Positions 28,997-37,999 are shown, counted from the first letter of the stretch. The stretch is DNA of 64,000 nt from Planctomycetota bacterium (GCA_965228735.1 OZ245838.1:6592001-6656000), one strand, 5' to 3'. Made by a program: numbers and translations. Notes: a model not told the origin generated them from the sequence alone.

Positions 28997-29893
28997 CTAT
29001 CGCGGCACGCCGAACGGCAGCGCATCGAGCGCCGAACCGGGCAATCGGTGGATCGTGTACGCGAGCCCGGGCCGCACCTGGGTCGCCGTCGAGATCGGGA
29101 TGCCGAGGAAGCGGGTCGTCGTCGTGCTGCCGACCTCGGTCGGGACGTAGCCGCGGAAGACGCCGATGACCTCGAGGCGTTCGGTCTTCGCGTTCCAGAG
29201 CATCGCGGGGCCGCCGGACATGCCGCCGAGCTCGAAGTGGCCGCCCGCGGCGAACCAGTGGCGGGCGCCCGGGTCGGTGTCGCGGATCGTGGCCGGGATC
29301 GACGGTGCCCGCGCGGTGTGGTCGACGCGTTGGTCTTCGAAGAACCCGGCCGCGTAGCCGACGAGGAGGACTTCGTTGCCGACCTCGGGCCGCCAGTTCG
29401 CGGCGCGCGCCGGGGCGTGGATGGGGGCGATCGCCGTCCAGCGCGGCGCTGCCGCGCGCAGGATCACCCAGTCGCCGTGCGGGGTCTCGGGGTCGCCGGA
29501 TGCGACGACCGTGACCGCGACCTCCTCGCCGGCAACTCGCAGCGGGACCGTCTGCTCGACGTCGGTCGGCGTCGTGCGCGTCATGTGGGCCGCGGTGAGC
29601 AGGTGATCCGGCGCGATGATCGTCGCCGTGCCCTGGGTTCGCGCCCGCAGGTTGACGATCGCGACGACGGGCGCGAGATCGGTGTCATTCACGTGCTCCG
29701 GCGTCCGGTCGGCGAACCGGGTCGCGAGCGGCGGATACGCGCCCGCCGCGCTGCCGGGGCCGGTCGCACACGCCGTTGGCAGCGTCAGGGCCATGGCAAC
29801 GGCCAGGGCGGCGGCCAGGGCAGGGGTCAGAGCAGGGGTCAGAGCGACGGCTACGGAACCGGACCGACCAGCGCGACGGACGAACGGGAACAT
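28997..29893 (-). CDS. Trypsin-like serine protease, probable lipoprotein (start uncertain)
   Basis: LTAAH, GDWVIL, GMSGGP triad motifs; LPTAC lipobox-like. Confidence 0.75.
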   Translation of the reverse strand: MFPFVRRAGRSGSVAVALTPALTPALAAALAVAMALTLPTACATGPGSAAGAYPPLATRFADRTPEHVNDTDLAPVVAIVNLRARTQGTATIIAPDHLLTAAHMTRTTPTDVEQTVPLRVAGEEVAVTVVASGDPETPHGDWVILRAAAPRWTAIAPIHAPARAANWRPEVGNEVLLVGYAAGFFEDQRVDHTARAPSIPATIRDTDPGARHWFAAGGHFELGGMSGGPAMLWNAKTERLEVIGVFRGYVPTEVGSTTTTRFLGIPISTATQVRPGLAYTIHRLPGSALDALPFGVPR

Positions 29894-29957
29894 CGGGGTG
29901 GTGTCAGATTCTCGTCTCTGAGTTTGGTCTCGCGCGATCATGTACCATCATGCCGCG

Positions 29958-31193
29958 ATGAGCGCGCCCGGTGAGGAGCCAGATTTCGATGTCGTCGTGA
30001 TCGGCGGCGGGCCCGCGGGTGCCGCCGCCGCCGCACTCGTCGCCGCGCAAGGGCACAAGACCGCGCTGTTCGAACGCCAGTCGTTCCCGCGCTTCCACGT
30101 CGGCGAATCGCTCGTGCCGGCCGTGAACCAGACGCTCGATCGACTCGGCCTCCGGGGTCGGATGGACGAACTCGGCTTCGTGCAGAAGCATGGCGTGCAG
30201 TTCTACACGCCGAACGGGCCGAGCCGACCGTTCTACTTCAGCGAGGTCGACGATCCGGCGCTGCACAACACGTGGCAGGTCCACCGCAGCAAGTTCGACG
30301 CGATGCTGCTCGAGCACGCGCAGAACCGCGGCGTGCACGTCGAGACCGACACCCCGGTCGTGCATGCGCTGCGCGACGGGCCCGCTGTGACCGGCGTTCG
30401 CGTGCGGCATCTCGACGAGAGCGAGCAGAACGTGCGCGCTCGCATCGTGCTCGATGCGTCGGGGCAGAAGGGCATCGTCGCGTCCGACCTGACGCAGCAT
30501 CAGGGCGTGCCGGGGCTCGAGAACACGGCCGTCTACGCCCACTACCGCGACGTGCCGCTCGATCCGGGCAAGGACGCCGGGTCGACGCTGATCTATCGCC
30601 TCGACGCGCGATCGTGGATCTGGTTCATCCCGCTCGAAGGCGTCGTGAGCATCGGCCTCGTGACGTCGGCGCGCGAGATCCTGCGCTTCGGCCAGGACCG
30701 CAACGCGATCCTCGACACCGCGATCGCGCAGTCGGAGCACCTGAGCGAACGGCTGCAGTCCGCCACGCGCGCCGGTGAGGTCCGGGTTGCGCGCGACTTC
30801 AGCTACCGCGCCCAGCGCGACGGGGGGCCGGGTTGGGCCCTCGTCGGCGACGCGCTCGGCTTCATCGATCCGGTCTATTCGACCGGGCTGCTGCTCGCGA
30901 TGAAGGCGGCGGAGACCGCCGCGCTCGAAGTGACGTGTCGGCTCGCGAGCGACGCCGCGCACCCGGACATGCAGGGCTTCTCGGCGCCGTGGCAGCAGTC
31001 GTTCGACCGCTTCCTGCCGCTGGTCCGCGCGTTCTACACGGAGGACTTCCGCTTCGGCGAGGTCAGCAAGGAGCCCGCGCACCGCAAGGGCCTCGTCGAT
31101 CTGCTCACCGGGCTGACGGACACGCAGGAGGCCATCGACGTCACCGAATTGATACGCCGGCTGCTCGGTGACGAGGTGACGGCGGACTCGTAG
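29958..31193 (+). CDS. Flavin-dependent halogenase-like oxidoreductase
   Basis: GGGPAG FAD motif, FPRFHVGESL, GFVQKHG (conserved Lys), WIWFIP (WxWxIP), GDALGFIDPVYSTG. Confidence 0.82.
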   Translation: MSAPGEEPDFDVVVIGGGPAGAAAAALVAAQGHKTALFERQSFPRFHVGESLVPAVNQTLDRLGLRGRMDELGFVQKHGVQFYTPNGPSRPFYFSEVDDPALHNTWQVHRSKFDAMLLEHAQNRGVHVETDTPVVHALRDGPAVTGVRVRHLDESEQNVRARIVLDASGQKGIVASDLTQHQGVPGLENTAVYAHYRDVPLDPGKDAGSTLIYRLDARSWIWFIPLEGVVSIGLVTSAREILRFGQDRNAILDTAIAQSEHLSERLQSATRAGEVRVARDFSYRAQRDGGPGWALVGDALGFIDPVYSTGLLLAMKAAETAALEVTCRLASDAAHPDMQGFSAPWQQSFDRFLPLVRAFYTEDFRFGEVSKEPAHRKGLVDLLTGLTDTQEAIDVTELIRRLLGDEVTADS

Positions 31194-31196
31194 AGT

Positions 31197-32675
31197 GTGG
31201 TCTCCCCTTCCCGGAGACCAACGTTGCGCCATCCCACGTCGACTCTCGTTCGTTCGTTCGCTTTCCTGACGCTGATCGGCAGCGTTGTTGCCGGCCTCCT
31301 GCCCGCGCAGGATTGGCCGCATTGGCGCGGTCCCGAGTACGACGGTTCGACGACCGTGACCGGACTGCCCACGACGTTCTCCAGGACCGAGAACGTGAAG
31401 TGGCAGACGGCGATGCCCGGCCCGGGTGCGAGCACGCCGATCGTCGTCGGCGATCGCATCTACCTCACGTCGGTCGACAGCGAGCGCGAGCGGCTCGTCG
31501 CCATGTGCCTCGATCGCAAGAGCGGCGAGGTCGTCTGGCAGCACGATGCGGGCAGCGGCTACAAGGAGCGCGAGGGCGCCACGCGAATCGCTCGCGGCAG
31601 CCGCACGCGGGCGACGTTCGCGTGCCCGTCGGCCGTGACCGACGGCGAGCACGTCGTGTTCTTCTTCGGCAACGGCGATCTCGTCGCCTACCACTGTCAG
31701 GGCGAGAACGACGGCGCCGAGGCCTGGCGCCGCAACGTGCAGGCGGACTACGGCAACTTCGCGTTCAACTGGACGTTTTCCGCGAGCCCGACGTACCACG
31801 ATGGCCTCGTCTATCTGCCCGTTCTGCAGCGCGACGAGCCGATCCAGCGGCGGCGCCGCGGGGGGCGCGGTCGGCGCGGGCCGCAGGACGGGGGCGCGGA
31901 CGGCGAGCAGCCGGCGGAGGCGAAGCCGCCGGCGATCGACTCGTTCCTGCTCGCGATGGACCCAGCGACCGGCAAGACGGTGTTCAAGCACGTGCGGCCG
32001 TCGCCCGCCAAGGTCGAGTCGCTCGAGTCCTACACCTCACTCATTCCGTACACCGACGCGGACGGCAACGCACAGCTGTTGCTCGCGGGCGGCGACGTGC
32101 TCACCGGCCACGACCCGAAGACGGGCGCGGAGCTCTGGCGCTGGGGGACCTGGAACGAAGGTCACCGCGAACGCTTCTGGCGGCTCGTGCCGAGCGTCGT
32201 CACGGGGTCCGGCATGGCCCTGGTCTGCGCGCCGAAGCGCGCGCCGGTCTACGCCATCCAGCTCGGCGGGAAGGGCGAGCTGCCGAAGGAAGCGTGCGCG
32301 TGGCAGAGCGAGGGCCGGCCGAACCCGGTCTCGAGCGATGTGCCGACGCCCGCGTTCGAGGGCGGCGCGTTCTACGTGCTCTCCGACGTGCGCGCGGCGC
32401 TGTCGAAGGTCGACGCCAGGACCGGCAAGGTGCAGTGGACGACGAACCTGCCGAAGGAGCACCTCTGGCGCGGTTCGCCGACGGTCGCGGATGGCAAGGT
32501 CTACTGCATGAACCACAACGGCCTCGTCGTCGTCGCCGACTGCGACACCGGCGAGATCGCGCACCAGGTCGCGATGGGCGACGAAGGCGACGACCACACG
32601 CGCAGCACGATCGTCGCCGCGCACGGCGCGCTGTTCATCCGCACGAACGGCGCGCTCTACTGCCTCGCGCGGTAA
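31197..32675 (+). CDS. Exported PQQ/BamB-like beta-propeller protein (start may be slightly downstream)
   Basis: Signal peptide, QDWPHWRGPEYDG, blades, C-terminal 'GALFIRT..LYCL'. Confidence 0.88.
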   Translation: MVSPSRRPTLRHPTSTLVRSFAFLTLIGSVVAGLLPAQDWPHWRGPEYDGSTTVTGLPTTFSRTENVKWQTAMPGPGASTPIVVGDRIYLTSVDSERERLVAMCLDRKSGEVVWQHDAGSGYKEREGATRIARGSRTRATFACPSAVTDGEHVVFFFGNGDLVAYHCQGENDGAEAWRRNVQADYGNFAFNWTFSASPTYHDGLVYLPVLQRDEPIQRRRRGGRGRRGPQDGGADGEQPAEAKPPAIDSFLLAMDPATGKTVFKHVRPSPAKVESLESYTSLIPYTDADGNAQLLLAGGDVLTGHDPKTGAELWRWGTWNEGHRERFWRLVPSVVTGSGMALVCAPKRAPVYAIQLGGKGELPKEACAWQSEGRPNPVSSDVPTPAFEGGAFYVLSDVRAALSKVDARTGKVQWTTNLPKEHLWRGSPTVADGKVYCMNHNGLVVVADCDTGEIAHQVAMGDEGDDHTRSTIVAAHGALFIRTNGALYCLAR

Positions 32676-32692
32676 CGAACGTCGGGTAACCG

Positions 32693-33217
32693 TTACCGCG
32701 CTTCGGTCGCGCCCTGCAGCACCCGCCGGGCGCGCGCGAGGCGGGAGCGGACCGTGCCGATCGGGACGCCGAGCGCGATCGCGATCTCCTCGTAGCTCTT
32801 GCCGGACGACTCGAACAGGTGCAGCACCTCGCGCTGCTCCGGCGTCAACGACTCGCGCGCGGCGGCGAGGGCCTCGCCGAGCTCGTGCGCGACCGCGACG
32901 TGGATCGGGTTGTCGCACTCGTCGTGCAGCTTGCAGTGCGACGACGCCACGTGCTCGTGGTGGCGCCGGCGGCGAACGGTCCGACGCAGGTGGCGGCTGC
33001 GGTGCACGACGGCAGCCGCGAGCCAGTAGCGCGGGTCCGCGGGCGGTTCGGGCTGCGAGACCAGCGCGAGCAACGCCTCTTGCAGCGCGTCCTGGGCGAG
33101 GTGGTCGCAACCGAGGAAGCGTCGCGCGATGCGCAGCAGCCGACGCAGGTCGGCGTCGGAGAGATCGGGAAAGTCAGGTTCACCGCGAAGCGGCGCGGCG
33201 AGTGTGGAAACCGACAT
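32693..33217 (-). CDS. ECF sigma-70 factor with His/Cys-rich linker
   Basis: Region 2 'AQDALQEALL..YWL', region 4 'SYEEIAIALGVPIGTVRSRLARAR'. Confidence 0.9.
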   Translation of the reverse strand: MSVSTLAAPLRGEPDFPDLSDADLRRLLRIARRFLGCDHLAQDALQEALLALVSQPEPPADPRYWLAAAVVHRSRHLRRTVRRRRHHEHVASSHCKLHDECDNPIHVAVAHELGEALAAARESLTPEQREVLHLFESSGKSYEEIAIALGVPIGTVRSRLARARRVLQGATEAR

Positions 33218-33301
33218 GCGGTCACCCGTGGGGATTCAGTGCAGCGGGAACGGCCGGTGCGCCGCAGGCGTGCGGACGCAGTCAGCGCTCGAAGCGAGAA
33301 C

Positions 33302-33784
33302 TCAGGCTTCGGCTGCCGCCGGGGGCGCGCGCGATGGTGGGATCCGGACCGGTCGCGCCCGGGTCTGCGAGGTCACGTCGACGCGGTCGTGGTCGAGCGC
33401 TCCGCGGGCGAGCTGCCAGTCGACGCTCGGCGCGAAGCCGCATGGCGTGCCCATCTCGAGCTCGCATGCGAAGCACACGTGGCCGCACTCGGTGCCGTCC
33501 TCGACGCTATCCGTGCCGCTCGGCACTTCACGTTCAGCTGGCCCGTGATCGAGGCCGCAGCTGCACTGGTGGACCGGTGCCCCAGTAGCGCTCGAAGCCG
33601 CGATCGAACCCGCAGTCGAATCCGCAGTCGAATCCGCTGGGGCGTGGCCGTGATCGTGCCCGCAGGCGTGGGTATGCAGGCCCGGCAGCGCGATTCGCAA
33701 TGCGATCGCGAGCAACGCCAGCCCCACGAACAGCCGGGCGAAGCGGCGCTCGAGGCGGTGGGGGTTGCGGGTCGGGTTGGCCAC
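33302..33784 (-). CDS. DUF2946/CruR-like protein: signal anchor, His/Cys motifs, CxxC, C-terminal RAPP
   Basis: Hydrophobic N-terminus, HTHACGHDHGH, HQCSC, HVCFAC, ends PPSRAPPAAAEA. Confidence 0.75.
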   Translation of the reverse strand: MANPTRNPHRLERRFARLFVGLALLAIALRIALPGLHTHACGHDHGHAPADSTADSTAGSIAASSATGAPVHQCSCGLDHGPAEREVPSGTDSVEDGTECGHVCFACELEMGTPCGFAPSVDWQLARGALDHDRVDVTSQTRARPVRIPPSRAPPAAAEA

Positions 33785-33794
33785 GGGGGCAAGG

Positions 33795-33823
33795 AGGTTA
33801 CGACCGCCGACCCGGCTTGGGAA
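33795..33823 (-). promoter_or_regulatory. Putative sigma-70 promoter for the DUF2946-like/ECF pair
   Basis: TTCCCA-17 nt-TAACCT on the minus strand, 10 nt before the GTG start. Confidence 0.45.
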
Positions 33824-33871
33824 GGGGTGGAATGGCCTTCAGGCCCACAGCACCGGCCCGCGACCGGCTTC

Positions 33872-33904
33872 GATTTCGTGGAACTCGCGAGTCGCAGCGG
33901 CACT
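33872..33904 (+). promoter_or_regulatory. Putative ECF-type promoter upstream of the secretin gene
   Basis: CGATTTCGTGGAACTC...CGGCACT; GGAAC-16 nt-CACT; similar motif before flp. Confidence 0.4.
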
Positions 33905-33912
33905 CCGGCCGC

Positions 33913-35934
33913 GTGACGGTGTCCCCTTGCTTTCGTTCGCGGTTCTCGCGTTTCCTGCGCTCCGGGGCCGCGATCCTCGGCGCTGCGGCCGTCTTCGGCG
34001 GGCCGATCGTCGGGTTCTCGGGCGCTGCCGTCGCTCAGGGCGAGACTCCTCCCGAACCGCGCATCGTGACGCTCGGCACCCACCAACGGCTGCCGTTCGA
34101 CCGCGACGTCGAGCGCCTGGCCGTCGGCAGCGACACGGTGCTCACGGTCGACCTCATCAACACCCGCGAGGCGCTCGTGCTCGGCGGCTGCATGGGCACG
34201 ACGACCGTCCTCGTCTGGTACACCGACGGCACCTACGAGTCGCTCCTGTTCCGCGTGCAGCGCGACCTGTCCGTGCTGCAGCGCGCCCTGCGTGACATCT
34301 CACCGGGTGTCGTGGTCGAGATGGCCTCGGATCGGAACGCGCTGGTCGTGCGCGGTGTCGTGCCCGATGAACTGCGCCGTCAGGCCGTGCTGCGCGCCGC
34401 CGACAACTACCTCGCGGCCGGTGCGCCGCTCGACGTCGCGGTCGGTGCGCGCGACGCGTCGACGGCCGCGACGGAGCCGGCCGAGGTCCAGCTGTCGGAT
34501 CCGAGTCGCGAACCGGCGTCCCAAGTCATCGACCTGCTGCGTCTCGCCGAACTGCCGACGACCCTCGAGGACCGCATCCTCGAGGCGATCCGACCGATCG
34601 CCGGTCCCGACGTGCAGGTGCGCCGCCTGCAGCGCAACCCGCTGCGCGACGACGAAGAAGACGTGCTCGTGCTCGAGGGGTCCGTGCCGGACCAGATCGC
34701 GCTCGTGCGCGCGATGCAGCTCGCGGCGCAGCTGTTCCTCGGCGATTCCAACGCGGCGAGCGCGAACCGGAACGCGATCCAGGTGCTCGCCGACGAAGCG
34801 GGCGGCTTGCTCGGGCAGCGCGGCAACCTCGGCGGTGGCCAGGGCGCCGGTCAGGGCGGCCAGGGCGGTGGCTTCGGCGGCGGCGGGCAGGGCGCGGGTG
34901 GCTTCGCCGGTGGCGGCGGCGTCAACGTGCAGCGCAACGAGATCCAGCGCAACCTCGGCCGCGCGACCATGCTGTCGATGGCGCGCGGTCGGATCCTGTC
35001 GTTCGTCGAGGTGCGCGATCGGCCGCAGGTGCGGGTCGCGGTGCAGTTCTTCGAGATCGATCGCGATCGCCTGTTCCAGTTCTCGTCCGAGATCCAGGGG
35101 CTCGTCTCGGACTTCGACCAACCGCCGCTCGTGCCGGCCGACGTCGCTGGTCGCATCCAGCCGACGCCCGCGAACGTCGGCGCGTTCTCCGACAGCGACG
35201 TGCAGGCCGGCCTCGCGTCACTGACGCGGGGCTTCAGTCAGCAGATCCAGGTGAGCGGCCGGCGCTTCGCGCTCGACACGCTGCTGCAGGCGCTCGAGGC
35301 CCGCGGGATCGCGCGGCGACTTTCGGGTCCCGTGGCGACGGTGCTGAACGGTGAGACCGCGCAGTTCCAGGTCGGCGGCGAGATCCCGGTGCCGCAGGCG
35401 TTCACGCCCGCGGCCGGCGCGAACGCCGGGCTCGGCACCTTCGCCTCCGTCGACTTCCGCGCGTTCGGCGTCGGGCTCGGCATCCGCCCGCTGGTCGGGG
35501 CCGACGACGACGTGACCCTCGACCTGAGCTCGATCGTGTCGCAGCCGGATCAGATCCTGACGACGGTCGTGCGCGACGCGACGGGCACCGACCCGCAGAC
35601 GACGGCGTTCTCGACGCGCGCGCTGCGCACCAACGCGCGCCTGCAGGACGGTCAGAGCCTGCTCATCGGCGGGCTCGTCTCACGCTCGCAGCAGAGCGAC
35701 GTGTCGAAGACGCCGATCCTCGGCGACCTGCCGCTGCTCGGCTGGTTGTTCCGCTCGACGAACGACACCTACGGTCAGTCGGAGCTGTTCGTGCTCGTGA
35801 GCCCGAGCGTCGTGCGGCCGCCCGTGCCGGGCAGTGATCTGTGGCTGCACCCCGGGCTCGGCGAGACGCTGGCGGGGTGTCTGCCGAAGCGGCCTGCCGC
35901 CGCCGAATCGGGCGACACATCCGGCGAGGAGTGA
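33913..35934 (+). CDS. cpaC: Tad pilus secretin RcpA/CpaC
   Basis: N-terminal pilus-formation domain ('GTTTVLVW'), 'PQVRVAVQFFEI', 'GETAQFQVGGEIPVP', 'PILGDLPLLGWLFRS'. Confidence 0.9.
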   Translation: MTVSPCFRSRFSRFLRSGAAILGAAAVFGGPIVGFSGAAVAQGETPPEPRIVTLGTHQRLPFDRDVERLAVGSDTVLTVDLINTREALVLGGCMGTTTVLVWYTDGTYESLLFRVQRDLSVLQRALRDISPGVVVEMASDRNALVVRGVVPDELRRQAVLRAADNYLAAGAPLDVAVGARDASTAATEPAEVQLSDPSREPASQVIDLLRLAELPTTLEDRILEAIRPIAGPDVQVRRLQRNPLRDDEEDVLVLEGSVPDQIALVRAMQLAAQLFLGDSNAASANRNAIQVLADEAGGLLGQRGNLGGGQGAGQGGQGGGFGGGGQGAGGFAGGGGVNVQRNEIQRNLGRATMLSMARGRILSFVEVRDRPQVRVAVQFFEIDRDRLFQFSSEIQGLVSDFDQPPLVPADVAGRIQPTPANVGAFSDSDVQAGLASLTRGFSQQIQVSGRRFALDTLLQALEARGIARRLSGPVATVLNGETAQFQVGGEIPVPQAFTPAAGANAGLGTFASVDFRAFGVGLGIRPLVGADDDVTLDLSSIVSQPDQILTTVVRDATGTDPQTTAFSTRALRTNARLQDGQSLLIGGLVSRSQQSDVSKTPILGDLPLLGWLFRSTNDTYGQSELFVLVSPSVVRPPVPGSDLWLHPGLGETLAGCLPKRPAAAESGDTSGEE

Positions 35935-35980
35935 TGCGGTTACGGCGAGCCAGCACGGTCGTCGGACCACGTTTTTCGCG

Positions 35981-36013
35981 CGATTCGGGAACTCCCGTAC
36001 CCGCACCGGCACT
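35981..36013 (+). promoter_or_regulatory. Putative ECF-type promoter upstream of flp
   Basis: CGATTCGGGAACTC...CGGCACT; GGAAC-17 nt-CACT. Confidence 0.4.
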
Positions 36014-36079
36014 AGCCCCGTGACGCGGGTGTTCGCGTCCCCGGTTTCCCAACGCCTCCCCGTCAGAACAACGACTCCA

Positions 36080-36442
36080 ATGATCAAGCTCCTGCAGAAC
36101 AAGAAGGGCTCCGCCCTCGTCGAATACGGCCTCCTGGTCGCCGGCGTCGCGCTCGTCAGCGCCGTCTCCGTGTCGATCTTCGGCCACAAGACCAACGACC
36201 TCCTGGCCGCGACCGCGACGATCCTGCCGGGCGCGCACGACGACGACAACGGCCCGATCGTCAGCGCCAAGCTGATCGAGACGACCCGCGACCCGAACAA
36301 CAACGACGCGATCATCCTCGATCCGGCCGCTGCGGCGACCGAAGCGCCGCGCCTCGGCAACAACCTGCTCGGCGCGAGTTTCAACGCCCCGGGCGGCTCG
36401 GGCAACGTGCTCGGCTCGACGCTCGTCATCGAGGCGAACTGA
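36080..36442 (+). CDS. flp: Flp family type IVc pilin with C-terminal extension
   Basis: KKG|SALVEYGLL Flp motif plus hydrophobic helix; 120 aa from ATG 36080. Confidence 0.85.
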   Translation: MIKLLQNKKGSALVEYGLLVAGVALVSAVSVSIFGHKTNDLLAATATILPGAHDDDNGPIVSAKLIETTRDPNNNDAIILDPAAAATEAPRLGNNLLGASFNAPGGSGNVLGSTLVIEAN

Positions 36443-36508
36443 GCCGTCGGGTTCGGACCACGACCGCGCTGTCCCGCGTGTCGTGGTCGTCGAACTCGTC
36501 GACTGCTC
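36441..36508 (+). terminator. Stem-loop after flp (terminator or mRNA stabiliser)
   Basis: gttcg-gaccacgac...gtcgtggtc-gt-cgaac inverted repeat directly after the stop; no U-tract. Confidence 0.45.
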
Positions 36509-36598
36509 GCGCGATCGCGGTCACCTCGATGCGGGGTGCCCGCGTTCGTGCGTTACGGGCGATCCCCGTGATTGCCGTCCCCAGCTGACCGACTCCCC

Positions 36599-37072
36599 AT
36601 GACTCCGCCGCTCGGACCGAACCTGGCCGCCTTCGCGCTGCTGCTGGTCGCGGTCTGGACCGACCTGCGCGGGCGGACGATCCCGGACACGATTCCGATC
36701 GCGATGGTCGTGCTGGCTCTTCTCGCGACCGCCTTCGGCTGGCACGCGGTGAGCTTCGCCGGACTCGGACTCGGCCTCGCCATCGGGTTCGGGCTCGGGG
36801 CGCTGTTGTTCTACGGCGGCGCGATGGGTGGGGGTGACGCCAAGCTGTGCGCCGGGCTCGGCGCGTTCTGCGGCTGGTCGCGGCTGCTCGAGGTGCTCTT
36901 CGCGACGGCGCTGTGCGGTGGGGTGCTCGCATACTGGGCGAAGCGTCGCGGTCAGCGCAGCCTGCCGTACGCGCCGGCGTTCGCCGCCGGCTATGCCGTC
37001 ACGGTCGCCATCGCGTGGACCCTGCCGCCGACCGGCGGCCTGTGGGAGCTGATCACCGGGAGGTCGACGTGA
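36599..37072 (+). CDS. cpaA: A24 prepilin peptidase TadV/CpaA
   Basis: 'WTDLRGRTIPD', 'MGGGDAKL', 'LPYAPAF'. Confidence 0.9.
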   Translation: MTPPLGPNLAAFALLLVAVWTDLRGRTIPDTIPIAMVVLALLATAFGWHAVSFAGLGLGLAIGFGLGALLFYGGAMGGGDAKLCAGLGAFCGWSRLLEVLFATALCGGVLAYWAKRRGQRSLPYAPAFAAGYAVTVAIAWTLPPTGGLWELITGRST

Positions 37073-37959
37073 TCGGTGCCGCGCGTCGTGTTGCGCGCGC
37101 TGCCGAACGCGGCGCCATCATGGTCGAGTTCGCGCTCGTTGCGCTCGTGCTCTACTTCCTGCTCGGTGCGCTGCTGTCGTTCGGCACGATGATCCAGAGC
37201 GCGCAGGTCGCGCAGGACGTCGCGCGACTCGGCGCGCGTGAGCTCGCGCTCACGGCGTTGCCCGCCGAGCTGACGTTCGAGGAAGCGCTCGATGCGACGC
37301 GCGATCGCGTGTTCGACCCGAACCGGCTCGTCGTCGATCTCGAAGTGCTCGCGGACCAGGGCATCGAGATCGAGGACTACTTCGCGACGCTGCCGTTGGT
37401 GAACCGCGCGCTGCGGCCGGTCTTCGTCTACGACGTCGTCGCTGGCCGCCGGCTGCTGCGCTTCCCCGGTGCGGTGCTCCAGTCGCCGGAGCCGACGGTG
37501 TTCAACGCCGGCCTGACGGTCGGCGTGCCGCTCGTCGTGCAGCGGGGCGCGGACGGCGAGACGATCCGCTGGCTGCCGATCGTCGAGGAGGTGCGGCCCG
37601 ATCCCGCCGATCCCGCAACGGGTTCGTTCTCCGCTGCGGCCACCGGCAGCGACCGCGCGTTCGTCGCGCTCCGCATCAACATTCCCGCGACGGCCGCGGC
37701 CCTCGCCGAGTACGACGGTCCGAGCACGTGGCCGCCGGCAACCAACGCGGGCCAGCCGCACGAGGTCGGGCCGGTGACCGCGCTCGCCGGGTCCGTGCCG
37801 CCGTACGGGACGCCTTTTGCCGGCGCCGTCAGCGAAGGGCCCGGCGCCATCGGCGGCGAGCAGGGGCTCGGCGAACTGGGCGCGCTCGGCACGCCCGTGC
37901 GCCCGTTCCGCCGCGTGTTCCTCGGCCAGGCGTTCTTCCGCCGCGAGGTCTTCCAATAA
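37069..37959 (+). CDS. tadE: TadE-like pseudopilin
   Basis: ERG|AIMVEFALV, 'ARLGARE'; GTG overlaps the upstream stop. Confidence 0.8.
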   Translation: MIGAARRVARAAERGAIMVEFALVALVLYFLLGALLSFGTMIQSAQVAQDVARLGARELALTALPAELTFEEALDATRDRVFDPNRLVVDLEVLADQGIEIEDYFATLPLVNRALRPVFVYDVVAGRRLLRFPGAVLQSPEPTVFNAGLTVGVPLVVQRGADGETIRWLPIVEEVRPDPADPATGSFSAAATGSDRAFVALRINIPATAAALAEYDGPSTWPPATNAGQPHEVGPVTALAGSVPPYGTPFAGAVSEGPGAIGGEQGLGELGALGTPVRPFRRVFLGQAFFRREVFQ

Positions 37960-37999
37960 CCGCCGCCGCCTCCTCCTCCCGACTCCAGCGATCGACATC

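Noticed and set aside
767..32675. Calling the propellers PQQ-dependent dehydrogenases or true BamB
   Set aside because: Only the fold is supported; quinoprotein active-site features were not recognisable, and no pqq or bam genes are present
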